Below are positions 9,515-21,221 of a DNA stretch of 64,000 bases, one piece after another. The DNA is from an uncultured Trueperaceae bacterium (GTDB lineage Bacteria; Deinococcota; Deinococci; Deinococcales; Trueperaceae): NCBI GenBank assembly GCA_963727505.1, contig CAVSGP010000009.1, positions 320,001-384,000 of the forward strand, read 5' to 3'. Position numbers and translations under genes: made by a program. How positions within the stretch are numbered: position 1 is the stretch's first letter; each line of letters opens with the position of its first letter. The notes under the pieces are model-generated. The model was not told the origin of the DNA. It made no database searches and saw nothing but the letters and a program-made list of their open reading frames with translations.

Positions 9515-11038
9515 TCAACGGCCGTTGGCGGGGGTGTTGCCGCTCGTGTCCGGCGGGAAGGTGATGGTGAGTGTGCGGGGACCGGGAAGCTTCAGGTCGG
9601 CGACGTTCGAGGTGCGGTTCTGGAACTGTGCCCGGAACTGCCAGGCGCCCGCGCGGTCGAGGACGATCTTGCAGGGTGCGCGGCAGAGGATGGTCCCCGC
9701 GGGCGTTCCGGAGCCGCTGGGGCTCTTGCTGACGTACAGGTCGACGGGCGGGAGGTCCGTGGGTTGGACCTGGACCGACACGATGTAGTCCACGGCGCCG
9801 CCCGTTCGGGGAGTGGGAGCCAGGGTGCCCTGGTTCAAGAGGGCGATGGACGCGACGGCGCCTGCGGCGACCAGCGCCAGGATCACCAGCAAGGGACCGC
9901 GCCAGGAGCGCCGGCGACGCTCCTTCTCCCTGGGGAGATCCATGCGGATGGGGGCGGGCGGTTGCGCGTCGTCCAGCGTGCCGGCACGGTAGGTGGCGCC
10001 GGGAGGGAGGTCTTTGACGAAGCCGGGTCTGCTGTCCCGCGTAGAGCTGGAGGCGCCGTGCGGCGTCAGTCCGGGATCGCTGTGCAGCGTGATCGGGTCC
10101 GGCTCGTCGGCGACCGCATCGGCCGTCTCGGCCGGAGGGGCCGCCCACGGGCTGCCATCCTGGCGCCGGGACGGGGCCGTCGGGAAGTCGTCGGGTCGGT
10201 CGCCGGTCGTGAGGGCTTCGTCACCGGGCGGCGGCGTTGCCACATCCAGTTCGAAGTCGAGATCGAGCCGGATATCCGAGCGGGTGGCCGACAGGCTCGC
10301 GCGCCGGTCGCCCCCCTCTGGCGGCTCCGTGCCCTCCACGGCGCCCGCTGTGGCCGCGGGAACGGTGCCGGTCGGCAGCGTCAGCTCGTCGAAGCTTCGG
10401 GGGGGAGGGGTGACGGTCCCACCGCAGGCGCGTCGTATCCGGCCGTAGAGGGCGGTGGCGGTCGGCCGCTCGCGCGGGTCCTTCGCGAGCGCGGCGCGCA
10501 GCAGCGCCCCCACCTCGCTGCTGAGGTTGGCCCCCCCGAGCAGGAGCAGTGCCGCTGCTATGGAGTAGAGGTCGGCCGGAAGGGAAGGGGGGCCGCCGGC
10601 GGTGACCTCGGGCGCGGTGGCTTCGGGATCGACCGGCGTCCAGGGAACGCCGTAGCCTTCGATCAGCACGTGGCCTTGCGCGTACAGCAGGCGGCCGGCG
10701 CGCAGGTCGCCGTGGACCACGCCTGCCTGTGCCGCGTCGCGCACCGCGCGCACCGCTTCGAGGACGAAGCGATCGTCGACCACGGACTCGCCGGACGCGA
10801 CCAGGCCGTAGTGCGGCGAGTACGCGGTCACCACCTGACCGGCGTTGTCGTCGAACGAGCTGACGAGGATGCCCGGGATGTTCTCGGACTCCAGCGCGGC
10901 CACGGGGGCCGTGGGGCGTGCGGGGAAGGTGTAGATGAGCACAGCTAGGCCCGTGAGCGGGTCGACGCCGCGGTAACAACTGACATCGCCCTGCTGGAGG
11001 TAGAGCTCCTGGCTCTGGTAGCGACTGCGGGCAGTCAT
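9515..11038 (-). CDS. Membrane-anchored degenerate Ser/Thr kinase-fold protein with a small extracellular beta domain
   Basis: VHGDL, APE and ADLYS, DPRERPTA remnants; acidic Pro-rich linker; single TM after RRRRSWR; PEGA-like C-terminus. Start chosen at MTARSRY. Confidence 0.7.
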   Translation of the reverse strand: MTARSRYQSQELYLQQGDVSCYRGVDPLTGLAVLIYTFPARPTAPVAALESENIPGILVSSFDDNAGQVVTAYSPHYGLVASGESVVDDRFVLEAVRAVRDAAQAGVVHGDLRAGRLLYAQGHVLIEGYGVPWTPVDPEATAPEVTAGGPPSLPADLYSIAAALLLLGGANLSSEVGALLRAALAKDPRERPTATALYGRIRRACGGTVTPPPRSFDELTLPTGTVPAATAGAVEGTEPPEGGDRRASLSATRSDIRLDLDFELDVATPPPGDEALTTGDRPDDFPTAPSRRQDGSPWAAPPAETADAVADEPDPITLHSDPGLTPHGASSSTRDSRPGFVKDLPPGATYRAGTLDDAQPPAPIRMDLPREKERRRRSWRGPLLVILALVAAGAVASIALLNQGTLAPTPRTGGAVDYIVSVQVQPTDLPPVDLYVSKSPSGSGTPAGTILCRAPCKIVLDRAGAWQFRAQFQNRTSNVADLKLPGPRTLTITFPPDTSGNTPANGR

Positions 11039-11283
11039 GAGGCTCGACTCGGGTGGGCGGACGCGGGCTTCGGGCCGACGCGCCTGCTCGTCCCACCCCG
11101 ATGCGCCGCAGCAGCGCAGGAGCAGGCGAGGTGTGTACGCCGAGCGGCTGTCACAGGCCGAGTATAGCCAGGGGGGGTGGGGGTCACAAGGTGAAAGGGC
11201 TCGCAAACGGCGGCGCGATCGCCGCTCGGCCTGTAGGGGGCGAGCTTGTGGGGCCGGCGAGGTGCTGATAGGCTGCATGCATC

Positions 11284-12336
11284 ATGGCCATCACCGAAGA
11301 GCGCGTCCTCGAGGCGCTGAAGACCGTCCAGGACCCTGAGCTCCACCAGGACCTCGTGAGCCTGGGGATGATCGATGAGATCGTCATCGAAGGGGAGGCC
11401 GTGCGGTTGACGATCAACCTGACGACCCCTGCCTGCCCCATGAAGAACACCATCGAGAACGACGTGCGTGGTGCTCTGGGCTCGGCCCTCGGTGTGCGCG
11501 AGGTGGCCATCACCTTCGGTTCGCAGATGCGTGGCCCGCAGCAGGAACCCCTGCCCGGCGTGAAGGCCATCCTTGCCGTGGGCTCCGGCAAGGGGGGCGT
11601 CGGCAAGTCCACGGTCGCTGCCAATCTTGCGGCGTCGCTGGCGCTCGAGGGTGCCAGCGTGGGGCTGCTGGACGCCGACATCTACGGCCCCAGCCAGACG
11701 ACCATGTTCGGCGTTTCCGGTCAGCGCCTGGCCGCCGATGCGGACAAGAACATCGTGCCCCTCGAAGGGTTCGGCGTGCGCCTGGTCTCCATCGGGAACC
11801 TGGTGGAAGACGGTCAGGCCCTGACCTGGCGCGGTCCGATCCTGCACGGCACGCTCACGCAGCTTCTCAAGCAGACGGTATGGGGCGAGCTCGACTACAT
11901 GGTTGTGGACCTTCCTCCGGGTACCGGCGACGTGCAGCTGTCGCTGGCGCAGCTCGTGCCGTTGACGGGGATGGTGCTGGTCACGACGCCGCAGGACGTG
12001 GCGCTGGCGGACGTGCGGCGTGCCCACACCATGGCACGCAAGACGCACGTTCCGGTCCTGGGCGTGATCGAGAACATGAGCTACTACTTGCTCCCCGATG
12101 GCGAACGAGACTACATCTTCGGGGAGGGGGGTGCCGACCGCTGGGCCGAGGAGGAGCACCTCCCGGTCCTCGGGCACATCCCCATCACACGCGCGTTGCG
12201 GGAGAGCGGCGACCGAGGTGTGCCCATGGTGGTGGGCGATCCCGACAACGCCAGCTCGGTCGAGCTTCGGCGTGCCGCGCGCATGGTGGCGGGGCAGGTC
12301 AGCATCCAGTCGATGTCCAGCCTGCCGGTCCTGTGA
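11284..12336 (+). CDS. mrp: Mrp/NBP35 (ApbC) Fe-S cluster carrier ATPase with an N-terminal DUF59 domain
   Basis: DPEL, TTPACP, GKGGVGKST, DADIYGPS, DLPPGTGD, ENMS. Confidence 0.95.
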   Translation: MAITEERVLEALKTVQDPELHQDLVSLGMIDEIVIEGEAVRLTINLTTPACPMKNTIENDVRGALGSALGVREVAITFGSQMRGPQQEPLPGVKAILAVGSGKGGVGKSTVAANLAASLALEGASVGLLDADIYGPSQTTMFGVSGQRLAADADKNIVPLEGFGVRLVSIGNLVEDGQALTWRGPILHGTLTQLLKQTVWGELDYMVVDLPPGTGDVQLSLAQLVPLTGMVLVTTPQDVALADVRRAHTMARKTHVPVLGVIENMSYYLLPDGERDYIFGEGGADRWAEEEHLPVLGHIPITRALRESGDRGVPMVVGDPDNASSVELRRAARMVAGQVSIQSMSSLPVL

Positions 12337-12362
12337 GCCGATCGCACGCCCGTCCGGAGCGC

Positions 12363-12391
12363 TTGTGAGGTCGTTGGCGACCTGCTAGAAT
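12363..12391 (+). promoter_or_regulatory. Sigma70-type promoter of the valS leader
   Basis: TTGTGA-17 bp-TAGAAT immediately before T-box stem I. Confidence 0.75.
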
Positions 12392-12397
12392 CCCGTG

Positions 12398-12683
12398 TAC
12401 GCGGGAGGAGTAGCCGTCCCGTCGTCCGTCAGAGAGCCCGGCACCATCGCTGCGAGCCTGGGTCGGACGCGCCGGTGAACGTCGCCCGCGGGTCGGCGCT
12501 GGGGCCACGTCCGTCGCGTCGGCACGAGGAAGAACGCCGACCGACGGTCGGCTGCTAGACCCTCCGGACGTCGCCCCGTCAGCGCGGCACAAACGAGTGC
12601 CCCGGCCGCACACGTGCTGGGGAAGTGCGGTGGTACCGCGGGGGAGACCTCGTCCGCAACGGTCGGGCGGGGCCTGTTCTTTG
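12398..12683 (+). ncRNA. T-box riboswitch (Val specifier)
   Basis: Stem I CGCGGG(12400)/CCCGCG(12485), AGTA, AGAGAG and GCTG motifs; GAAC followed by GTC Val specifier (12481-83); T-box AAGTGCGGTGGTACCGCG (12623-40); terminator hairpin with T-rich tail; lies upstream of valS. Confidence 0.9.
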
Positions 12684-12705
12684 GGCCGCGCCGGTGGAGG
12701 TAGGC

Positions 12706-15357
12706 ATGAGCGATACCACGACAGACACCGCCCCCACGGGAGCCTCGGTGCTTCCCAGCCGTTACGAGCCCCTGGCCGTGGAGGGCCGCTGGGCCGAGCG
12801 CTGGGCGTCCGAGCCGTTCACCGTCGACCCGGATTCCGGGCGCGAGCCCTTCTGCATCGTCATCCCGCCCCCCAACGTGACGGGCAACCTCCACCTGGGG
12901 CACGCCTTCGACAACGCGGTCATCGACACGCTGATCCGCTTCAAACGGATGCAGGGATACGAGGCGCTGTTCCAACCGGGGACCGATCACGCCGGCATCT
13001 CGACCCAGGTGCAGGTGGAGCGCGCGCTACGGGCCGAAGGCACCAACCGGCACGAGCTCGGTCGCGAAGCCTTCCTCGAGCGCATGTGGGCGTGGAAGGA
13101 GACCTACGGCGGGATCATCCTCGCGCAACTCCAGCGCCTCGGCATCTCGGCAGACTGGTCGCGGATCCGCTTCACGATGGACGAAGGACTGTCGCGCGCG
13201 GTTCGTCGGCAGTTCGTGGAGCTCTACCACCAGGGGAAGATCTACCGGGGAGAGCGGATCGTCAACTGGGATCCGGAGAGCCAGACGACGCTGTCGGACC
13301 TCGAGGTCGAGCGCGAGGAGCGGCCAGGAACGCTCTTTACGCTGGCCTACGCCCTCGACGGAGGGGACGCCATCCGGATCGCCACGGTGCGGCCGGAGAC
13401 GATCTTCGCCGACCAGGCGGTGGCCGTGCACCCGGAGGATGACCGCTACCGCGCTCTGCTGGGTCGCGAAGTACGCATCCCACTCACGGACCGCTGGATC
13501 CCGGTGATCGCCGATGAGGCCGTGGAGCGGGACTTCGGCACCGGCGCTCTGAAGATCACGCCGGCGCACGATCCGACCGACTTCGAGATCGGTGAGCGCC
13601 ACGGCCTGGCGCATCCCAGCGTCATCGACCTGGGCGCCCACCTCGTGGGTGAGCTGGTGCCCGAACGCTTCCGCGGCCTGGAGCGCTTCGAGGCGCGCGC
13701 GCAGGTGGTCGAGGCTCTGCGGGCCGAGGGTTCGCTCGTGGCGGAGGATCCTTACACCATTCCCATCGGCCTGTCGCAGCGCACCAAGGTGCCCGTCGAG
13801 CCGATCCTGTCGTTGCAGTGGTTCTACGACGTGGCGCCGGTGGCGAAGAGGGTGCTGGCGGCCCTCGACGCGGGCGACGTGCGTGTCCTGCCGGAGCGCT
13901 ATGGCAAGGTCAACCGGGACTGGCTCGAAGCCATCCGCCCATGGAACATCTCCAGGCAGCTCTGGTGGGGGCACCAGATCCCGGCCTGGTACGACGAGGA
14001 CGGGAACGTTCACGTGCCCAGCGTCGACGATCCGTTCACCGATCCTCCTGAGAGGCCGGAGAACGCAGGGGTGCGGCTGGTGCAGGATCCCGACGTGTTC
14101 GACACCTGGTTCTCCTCGAACCTGTGGCCGTTCAGCACCCTGGGCTGGCCGGACGAGGAGGACCCCTACTTCCGGACGTTCTACCCGACCTCGGTGTTGG
14201 TGACCGGCTACGACATCCTGTTCTTCTGGGTGGCGCGCATGGAGATGGCGGGACTCGAGCTCACCGGACGTGCACCCTTCCGCGATGTTCTTCTGCATGG
14301 CCTCGTGCTCGACGCCGAGGGGCAGAAGATGTCGAAGTCGAAGGGCAACGGCATCGACCCCCTGACGGTCATCGATACCTACGGCGCGGACGCGCTGCGC
14401 TTCGCCGTGACCCACGCCTCGACGGGCGGGCAGGACATCCGCTGGGACGAGCGTCGAGTGGAGATGGGGCGGAACTTCAACAACAAGCTGTTCAATGCCG
14501 CGCGTTTCGCCATGATGCAGCTGGCCGAGGGCCCCGAGGACCCCGGCGCGCCCGAGCGCCTGGCCGACCGCTGGATGGCCAGCCGCCTGCAGCGTGCCAT
14601 CGCCGGTGCTACCGAGGCGCTGGAGGCGTACGACCTGGGGGCGGCCAATCGCCTGCTCTACGACGTGGTCTGGTCGGAGTTCTGCGACTGGTACCTGGAA
14701 GCGGCGAAGCCGGCGCTGCGGGCGGGCGACGGGCGCACGCGCCACGTGCTGCGTACCAGTTTCGAGGCGCTCTTGAAGCTGCTGCACCCGATCCTGCCGT
14801 TCATCACCTCCGAGCTGTTCGAGGCGCTCGGCCACGAGCGCCAGATCGCGATCACGGCCTGGCCGGAGGTCGACTCCGCCCTCCTCGACGAGGAGGCGGA
14901 GGAAGCCTTCGACGTCGTGCGGCAGGCGGTCGGCGCGGTCCGCGCGCTCCGTGCCGATGCCGACCTCGCCCCGTCGCAGACGATCCCGGTGCATGTGAGC
15001 GGTGAGGCGAGCGCCGCCCTGCTTGCCGAGCGCGAGGTGGCCGCGTCGCTGGCCCGCGCCGAGCTCACGGGGGAGGCGCCGCGGGGCGCGGCCCTCACCC
15101 AGGTGGTGCCCGGCCTGGAGTTGAAGCTCCCGTTCGAAGGCCTGGTCGACGAGGTTGAGTGGCGCGACAAGCAGCGTCGCCGGCTGGAGAAGTTGCGCGC
15201 CGATCGGGAGCGCTCCGAGCGCAAGCTCGCCAACACGAAGTTCACCGCCAACGCTCCCGAGGCCGTGGTCGCCGAGGAGCGCCGGCGCCTGTCCGAGGCC
15301 GTGGATCTCATCGCCCGTATCGAGGCCGCTGTGGGCCGCCTCGGCGACGGGGGCTGA
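12706..15357 (+). CDS. valS: Valine--tRNA ligase
   Basis: PPPNVTGNLHLGH, GTDHAGI, KMSKSKGN, C-terminal coiled coil; GGAGG RBS before ATG 12706. Confidence 0.98.
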   Translation: MSDTTTDTAPTGASVLPSRYEPLAVEGRWAERWASEPFTVDPDSGREPFCIVIPPPNVTGNLHLGHAFDNAVIDTLIRFKRMQGYEALFQPGTDHAGISTQVQVERALRAEGTNRHELGREAFLERMWAWKETYGGIILAQLQRLGISADWSRIRFTMDEGLSRAVRRQFVELYHQGKIYRGERIVNWDPESQTTLSDLEVEREERPGTLFTLAYALDGGDAIRIATVRPETIFADQAVAVHPEDDRYRALLGREVRIPLTDRWIPVIADEAVERDFGTGALKITPAHDPTDFEIGERHGLAHPSVIDLGAHLVGELVPERFRGLERFEARAQVVEALRAEGSLVAEDPYTIPIGLSQRTKVPVEPILSLQWFYDVAPVAKRVLAALDAGDVRVLPERYGKVNRDWLEAIRPWNISRQLWWGHQIPAWYDEDGNVHVPSVDDPFTDPPERPENAGVRLVQDPDVFDTWFSSNLWPFSTLGWPDEEDPYFRTFYPTSVLVTGYDILFFWVARMEMAGLELTGRAPFRDVLLHGLVLDAEGQKMSKSKGNGIDPLTVIDTYGADALRFAVTHASTGGQDIRWDERRVEMGRNFNNKLFNAARFAMMQLAEGPEDPGAPERLADRWMASRLQRAIAGATEALEAYDLGAANRLLYDVVWSEFCDWYLEAAKPALRAGDGRTRHVLRTSFEALLKLLHPILPFITSELFEALGHERQIAITAWPEVDSALLDEEAEEAFDVVRQAVGAVRALRADADLAPSQTIPVHVSGEASAALLAEREVAASLARAELTGEAPRGAALTQVVPGLELKLPFEGLVDEVEWRDKQRRRLEKLRADRERSERKLANTKFTANAPEAVVAEERRRLSEAVDLIARIEAAVGRLGDGG

Positions 15358-15365
15358 GCGCCGCC

Positions 15366-16886
<1,521 letters not shown>

Positions 16887-17075
16887 CGCTTCCGGAACCC
16901 GAAGTCGACCGGGGGCTCCCGGCGAACCCCGCGAGGGCCTCCGGGTGCACGGACCGTGGTGTGGGGCCAGGCGCGCGCAGACCGGTGCACGAGCATGCGT
17001 TGCCGGCGGCGTCCTTCATGGCGACGAGCGGACGGGAGGGCCGCGTGCTAGCGTAGGCCGCGAAAGGACCTGCGC

Positions 17076-18008
17076 ATGCGCCATCACGAGTCGCCGTTCA
17101 CCGGACCGGCCACCTTCTTCAAGGCTCCGCACCGCCCCGACGCCGACCGTGGCGAGGCACACATCGGGATCCTGGGTGTTCCGTACGACGACGGCGCGGG
17201 CTTCCGGTCCGGCGCGCGCTTCGGACCCGCCGCGGTGCGCGAGGCCTCCGGCCGCTACGCTTTCGGCTCCGAGGGTTTCTACGATGCCGACGGCGCCACC
17301 ATGCGCCTGGTGGGGGCGCGGCTGGTCGACGTCGGCGACGTCGACCCGGTGCAGAACCAGGCGGAGGCGACCTTCGACAAGGTGACCTCCGCGGCCCGAC
17401 GTCTGCGAACGGTCGCGCGCCTGCCGGTCTTCGTCGGGGGCGACCATTCGCTGAGCTACCCGCTGCTGCGCGCCTTCGACGACGTGCCGGAGCTGCACGT
17501 GGTGCAGCTCGACGCCCACCTGGGATACAGCGAGACGCGGCGCGGGAGCCGGGTCTCCGGCGCGAGCGCCTTCCGGCGCGCGGTCGAGGAGGTGCCCGGC
17601 CTGCAGCGGATCACCGCCATCGGCGTTCGGAGCGCCTCGGTGGGGCGCGAGGCGATGGAGGCCGCAAAGGCGCGGGGGCACCGGGTGGTGACCGCGCGCG
17701 GGCTGCGTGAGAACGTCGACGCCGTTCTGGGCGATCTCCCCGAGCGGGCGGCCGTCTACCTGAGCCTGGACGTCGACGTGCTGGACCCGTCGATCGTGCC
17801 GGGCACCAGCGATCCGGAGATGGACGGACTCTCGTACGCGGAGGTCTGGAGGGTCGTCGACGCCGTCGTGGGCCGCAACCGGCTGGTCGGGATGGACCTC
17901 GTGGAGCTCGCGCCGAGGCTGGATCCGACCGGACGCAGCTCTCTGGCTGCAGCTCGCCTGCTGCGCGATACCTTCGCGCTCTGGTGGGACCCGGCCCGGA
18001 TGGTCTGA
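17076..18008 (+). CDS. Ureohydrolase (agmatinase/arginase family) with an altered metal motif
   Basis: GARFGPAAVR, GGDHS, LDAHLG, SLDVDVLDP, DLVELAP. Confidence 0.88.
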   Translation: MRHHESPFTGPATFFKAPHRPDADRGEAHIGILGVPYDDGAGFRSGARFGPAAVREASGRYAFGSEGFYDADGATMRLVGARLVDVGDVDPVQNQAEATFDKVTSAARRLRTVARLPVFVGGDHSLSYPLLRAFDDVPELHVVQLDAHLGYSETRRGSRVSGASAFRRAVEEVPGLQRITAIGVRSASVGREAMEAAKARGHRVVTARGLRENVDAVLGDLPERAAVYLSLDVDVLDPSIVPGTSDPEMDGLSYAEVWRVVDAVVGRNRLVGMDLVELAPRLDPTGRSSLAAARLLRDTFALWWDPARMV

Positions 18009-18060
18009 ACGGCGTTGGGGACGGGGTCGAGTCCCTCCCCGCGGGCGAAGCTCCGCGGCA

Positions 18061-18082
18061 TGACACGGTGCTGACAGACCGG
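18061..18082 (+). promoter_or_regulatory. Putative Pho box upstream of pstS
   Basis: TGACA repeated with an 11-bp period (18061, 18072), reading CTGTCA/GTGTCA on the reverse strand, just before a TAGGCT -10-like element. Confidence 0.55.
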
Positions 18083-18109
18083 CCGTAGGCTCATCGCGGA
18101 GGTTGATCC

Positions 18110-19171
18110 ATGCCCAAGCGACGCACGCTCCGATTGTTCGCAATGCTGATCCTCTCGGTCTTCTCCGTGGCGGCCGCCCAGTCCCTCACAGGCGCCGGCG
18201 CCACCTTCCCGTTCCCGCTGTACTCCAAGATGTTCCACGTCTACGGCCAGCAGACCGGCGTGAAGGTGAACTACCAGGCGATCGGGTCCGGCGGCGGGCA
18301 GCAGCAGCTCCTCGCCCGCACGGTCAACTTCGCGGCTTCCGACGCCCCGCTCAGCGACCAGCAGCTCCAGGACTTCCAGGCCAAGGCGGGGTCGCCGGTG
18401 CTCCACCTCCCGATGGCGCTGGGCGCGGTCGTGATGACCTACAACTGGGCGCCGGTCGCGAAGACACCCGCGCAGCCGCTCAAGCTCGATGGCCAGGTCA
18501 TCGCCGACATCTACCTCGGCAAGATCACCAACTGGAACGACCCCGCCATCGCGGCGCTCAATCCCGGCGTGACCTTCCCCAACCTCCCCATCTCGGTGGC
18601 GCATCGCTCGGACGGTTCCGGCACGACCTATACCTTCACGGACTACCTGTCGAAGGTCTCGCCCACGTGGAAGCAGCAGGTCGGCACGGACAAGGCGGTC
18701 AACTGGCCGGTCGGCTCGGGCGGCAAGGGCAACCAGGGCGTCGCGGGCTTGGTCAAGCAGATCCCCGGCTCCATCGGCTACGTCGAGCTGATCTACGCCC
18801 TGCAGAACGACATGGCCTTCGCGACCCTGAAGAATGCCAGCGGCACCTTCGTGGTTCCGAGCCTGGAGAGCACCTCGGTGGCCGGTGACGTGCCCGTCCC
18901 CGCCGATGGCCGCTTCGACATCACGAACACCTCTGCGGCGCAGGGCTATCCGATCGCCACCTACACCTATGTCCTCCTGTACCAGGAGATGAGTCTCACC
19001 ACCGATTCGCAGGCGCAGGCCAAGCAGGTCGCAGATCTGGTTTCCTGGATGAGCACGAAGGGCCAGCAGTACAGCGCTGACCTCGAGTACGGGGCGCTGC
19101 CGAAGCGGGTCCAGGACTTCGACGCGCAGCAGCTCGCCAAGCTGACCTACAAGGGCAAGCCCTTGAACTGA
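18110..19171 (+). CDS. pstS: Phosphate ABC transporter substrate-binding protein
   Basis: GAGATFPFPLY, GSGGG, RSDGSGTT, GKGNQGV. Confidence 0.97.
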   Translation: MPKRRTLRLFAMLILSVFSVAAAQSLTGAGATFPFPLYSKMFHVYGQQTGVKVNYQAIGSGGGQQQLLARTVNFAASDAPLSDQQLQDFQAKAGSPVLHLPMALGAVVMTYNWAPVAKTPAQPLKLDGQVIADIYLGKITNWNDPAIAALNPGVTFPNLPISVAHRSDGSGTTYTFTDYLSKVSPTWKQQVGTDKAVNWPVGSGGKGNQGVAGLVKQIPGSIGYVELIYALQNDMAFATLKNASGTFVVPSLESTSVAGDVPVPADGRFDITNTSAAQGYPIATYTYVLLYQEMSLTTDSQAQAKQVADLVSWMSTKGQQYSADLEYGALPKRVQDFDAQQLAKLTYKGKPLN

Positions 19172-19196
19172 GGCCCGCCCGGGCCCCGATCGGCAA

Positions 19197-19234
19197 GGGT
19201 GGAGGTCGCGCCGAGAGCGGCGCGATCTCCACCC
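19197..19234 (+). terminator. Long hairpin after pstS (mRNA stabiliser or partial terminator)
   Basis: GGGTGGAGGTCGCGCCG-AGAG-CGGCGCGATCTCCACCC, 17-bp stem with no U tract. Confidence 0.55.
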
Positions 19235-19371
19235 GTAGCGGAAGTTCGAACCCGTACGCGCTCGCCGCCGACGCGCCGGCGAGCGCGGCCCTCGCGAAGG
19301 GTCGGGACTCGGGGTAGCCTTAGGAAGGCGAGGGGCCCGGACCGGCCCCCTGGTTCGCTCTTTCGATCACC

Positions 19372-20358
19372 ATGGACCGTCCCTCTTCCACCCCCCCACC
19401 CACCGGCGCCGCTAAGCGGCGTTCGCTCGAGCGCCGGGCGCGTGCCTGGCCGGCAGGCGACCGCCTGTTCGACCTGGTGGTGCTGCTCCTCGGGAGCAGC
19501 ATCCTCGTCATCACCGCGCTGGCCGCGCTGGAACTGTTCCTTGGTGGCAACCTGGCGCTGAGGAAGTACGGGCTCGGCTTCCTGGTGGGAACGACGTGGG
19601 ATCCTGTCCACCAGGAGTTCGGGGCGCTGCCGTTCATCGTAGGAACGCTGGTGACGAGCTTTGGGGCGTTGCTGCTGGCGGTCCCGCTGGCGGTGGGATC
19701 GGCGCTGTTCGTCAGCGAGTACGCTCCTTCCTGGCTTGCCGAACCGGTGAGCTACCTCGTCGAGCTGCTCGCCGCCATCCCGAGCGTGGTCTATGGCTTC
19801 TGGGGCATCTTCGTTCTTGCCCCTGTCGTACGCAGCATCCAGATCGCGATCTTCATGAACCCGGTGCTGCGCGACGTCGGTTTCCTGCGGAGTACGCCTA
19901 CCGGTCTCGGCCTCTTCACGGCGATCCTCATCCTCACGATCATGATCATCCCGTTCACAGCCTCGGTGGCGCGCGACGTGCTGCGCCTGGTGCCTCAGGA
20001 CCAGCGGGAAGCCGCGTACGCTCTCGGCGCGACGCGCTGGGAGGTGATGCGGCACGCGGTGCTGCCCTACGCTCGGGCGGGCATCCTGGGCGGGGTCCTA
20101 TTGAGCCTGGGGCGTGCGCTGGGCGAGACGATGGCGGTCACCATGGTCATCGGGAACCGAACGGCCGTTGCTCACAGCCTGTTCGGTCAGACGGCGACCA
20201 TGGCAAGCGTGATCGCCAACGAGTTCACGGAGGCGGCGGCAGGTCCCCACCTGTCGAGTCTGATCCTGGTGGGGTTGGTGCTGTTCCTCCTGACGATCGT
20301 CGTGAACGTCCTGGCACGGGTGCTCATCCATCGCTTGACGCCTCGGGGCATCACGTGA
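19372..20358 (+). CDS. pstC: Phosphate ABC permease
   Basis: [31 protein letters not shown]. Confidence 0.96.
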   Translation: MDRPSSTPPPTGAAKRRSLERRARAWPAGDRLFDLVVLLLGSSILVITALAALELFLGGNLALRKYGLGFLVGTTWDPVHQEFGALPFIVGTLVTSFGALLLAVPLAVGSALFVSEYAPSWLAEPVSYLVELLAAIPSVVYGFWGIFVLAPVVRSIQIAIFMNPVLRDVGFLRSTPTGLGLFTAILILTIMIIPFTASVARDVLRLVPQDQREAAYALGATRWEVMRHAVLPYARAGILGGVLLSLGRALGETMAVTMVIGNRTAVAHSLFGQTATMASVIANEFTEAAAGPHLSSLILVGLVLFLLTIVVNVLARVLIHRLTPRGIT

Positions 20359-21221
20359 CGGCGTCCAGTCGCCTCCAGCAGGGGGGAAGGGACCGGGGCC
20401 GGCGCCGCGCGGTCAACGGTCTGGCGACGGGTCTGGTGGCCCTCTCGGCCGCCCTGGTGCTGACCCCACTGGTCCTGGTGCTGATCTACCTGGTAGGCCG
20501 CGGCATAGGGTCGCTCGATCTCGCGTTCTTCACGCAGCTACCGGCGCCGGCCGGCGAGCCCGGCGGCGGCGTGGCGCAGGCCATCGCCGGTACCCTGGAG
20601 CTCCTCGCGATCGCCAGTGTCATCGGGCTCACCATCGGCATCGGGACGGGCGTGTTCGTCGCCGAGTACCCCGGTCACCCGTTGGTCCCCAGCGTCCGCT
20701 TGCTGTCCGACGCGCTCATCGGGATCCCGGCCATCGTCATGGGGCTGGTGGCCTACGGCTTGATCGTGGTGCCCCTCCACCACTTCAATGGCCTCTCGGG
20801 CGGCGTGTCGTTGGGCTTGATCATGATCCCCTACGTGGTGCGCGCCACCGACGAGGTGATGCGGCTGGTACCGCGCACCGTGCGGGAGGCGGGCTTCGCG
20901 CTCGGCCTTCCGCGATGGCGCGTGATCCTGTCGATCGTGATCCCGAGCGCCGCGTCCGGTATCGTCACCGGTGCGATGCTGGCGATGGCCCGGGTCGCCG
21001 GGGAAGCGGCGCCGCTGCTGTTCACCGCCTTCGGCAACCAGTACTGGAACTTCGATCCACTCAAGCCGGTCGCGGCGCTCCCGCTGGTGATCTACACCTA
21101 CTCGATCAGCCCGTACGACTCCTGGCACCGCATCGCGTCGGCCTCGTCGCTGGTGCTGGTGGTGTTCGTGCTGATCACGACGGCCGTGACGAGGTTCGTG
21201 TTCGCGAGGAGGGCACGATGA
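20355..21221 (+). CDS. pstA: Phosphate ABC permease
   Basis: GTG overlaps the pstC stop; [28 protein letters not shown]. Confidence 0.95.
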   Translation: MTASSRLQQGGRDRGRRRAVNGLATGLVALSAALVLTPLVLVLIYLVGRGIGSLDLAFFTQLPAPAGEPGGGVAQAIAGTLELLAIASVIGLTIGIGTGVFVAEYPGHPLVPSVRLLSDALIGIPAIVMGLVAYGLIVVPLHHFNGLSGGVSLGLIMIPYVVRATDEVMRLVPRTVREAGFALGLPRWRVILSIVIPSAASGIVTGAMLAMARVAGEAAPLLFTAFGNQYWNFDPLKPVAALPLVIYTYSISPYDSWHRIASASSLVLVVFVLITTAVTRFVFARRAR

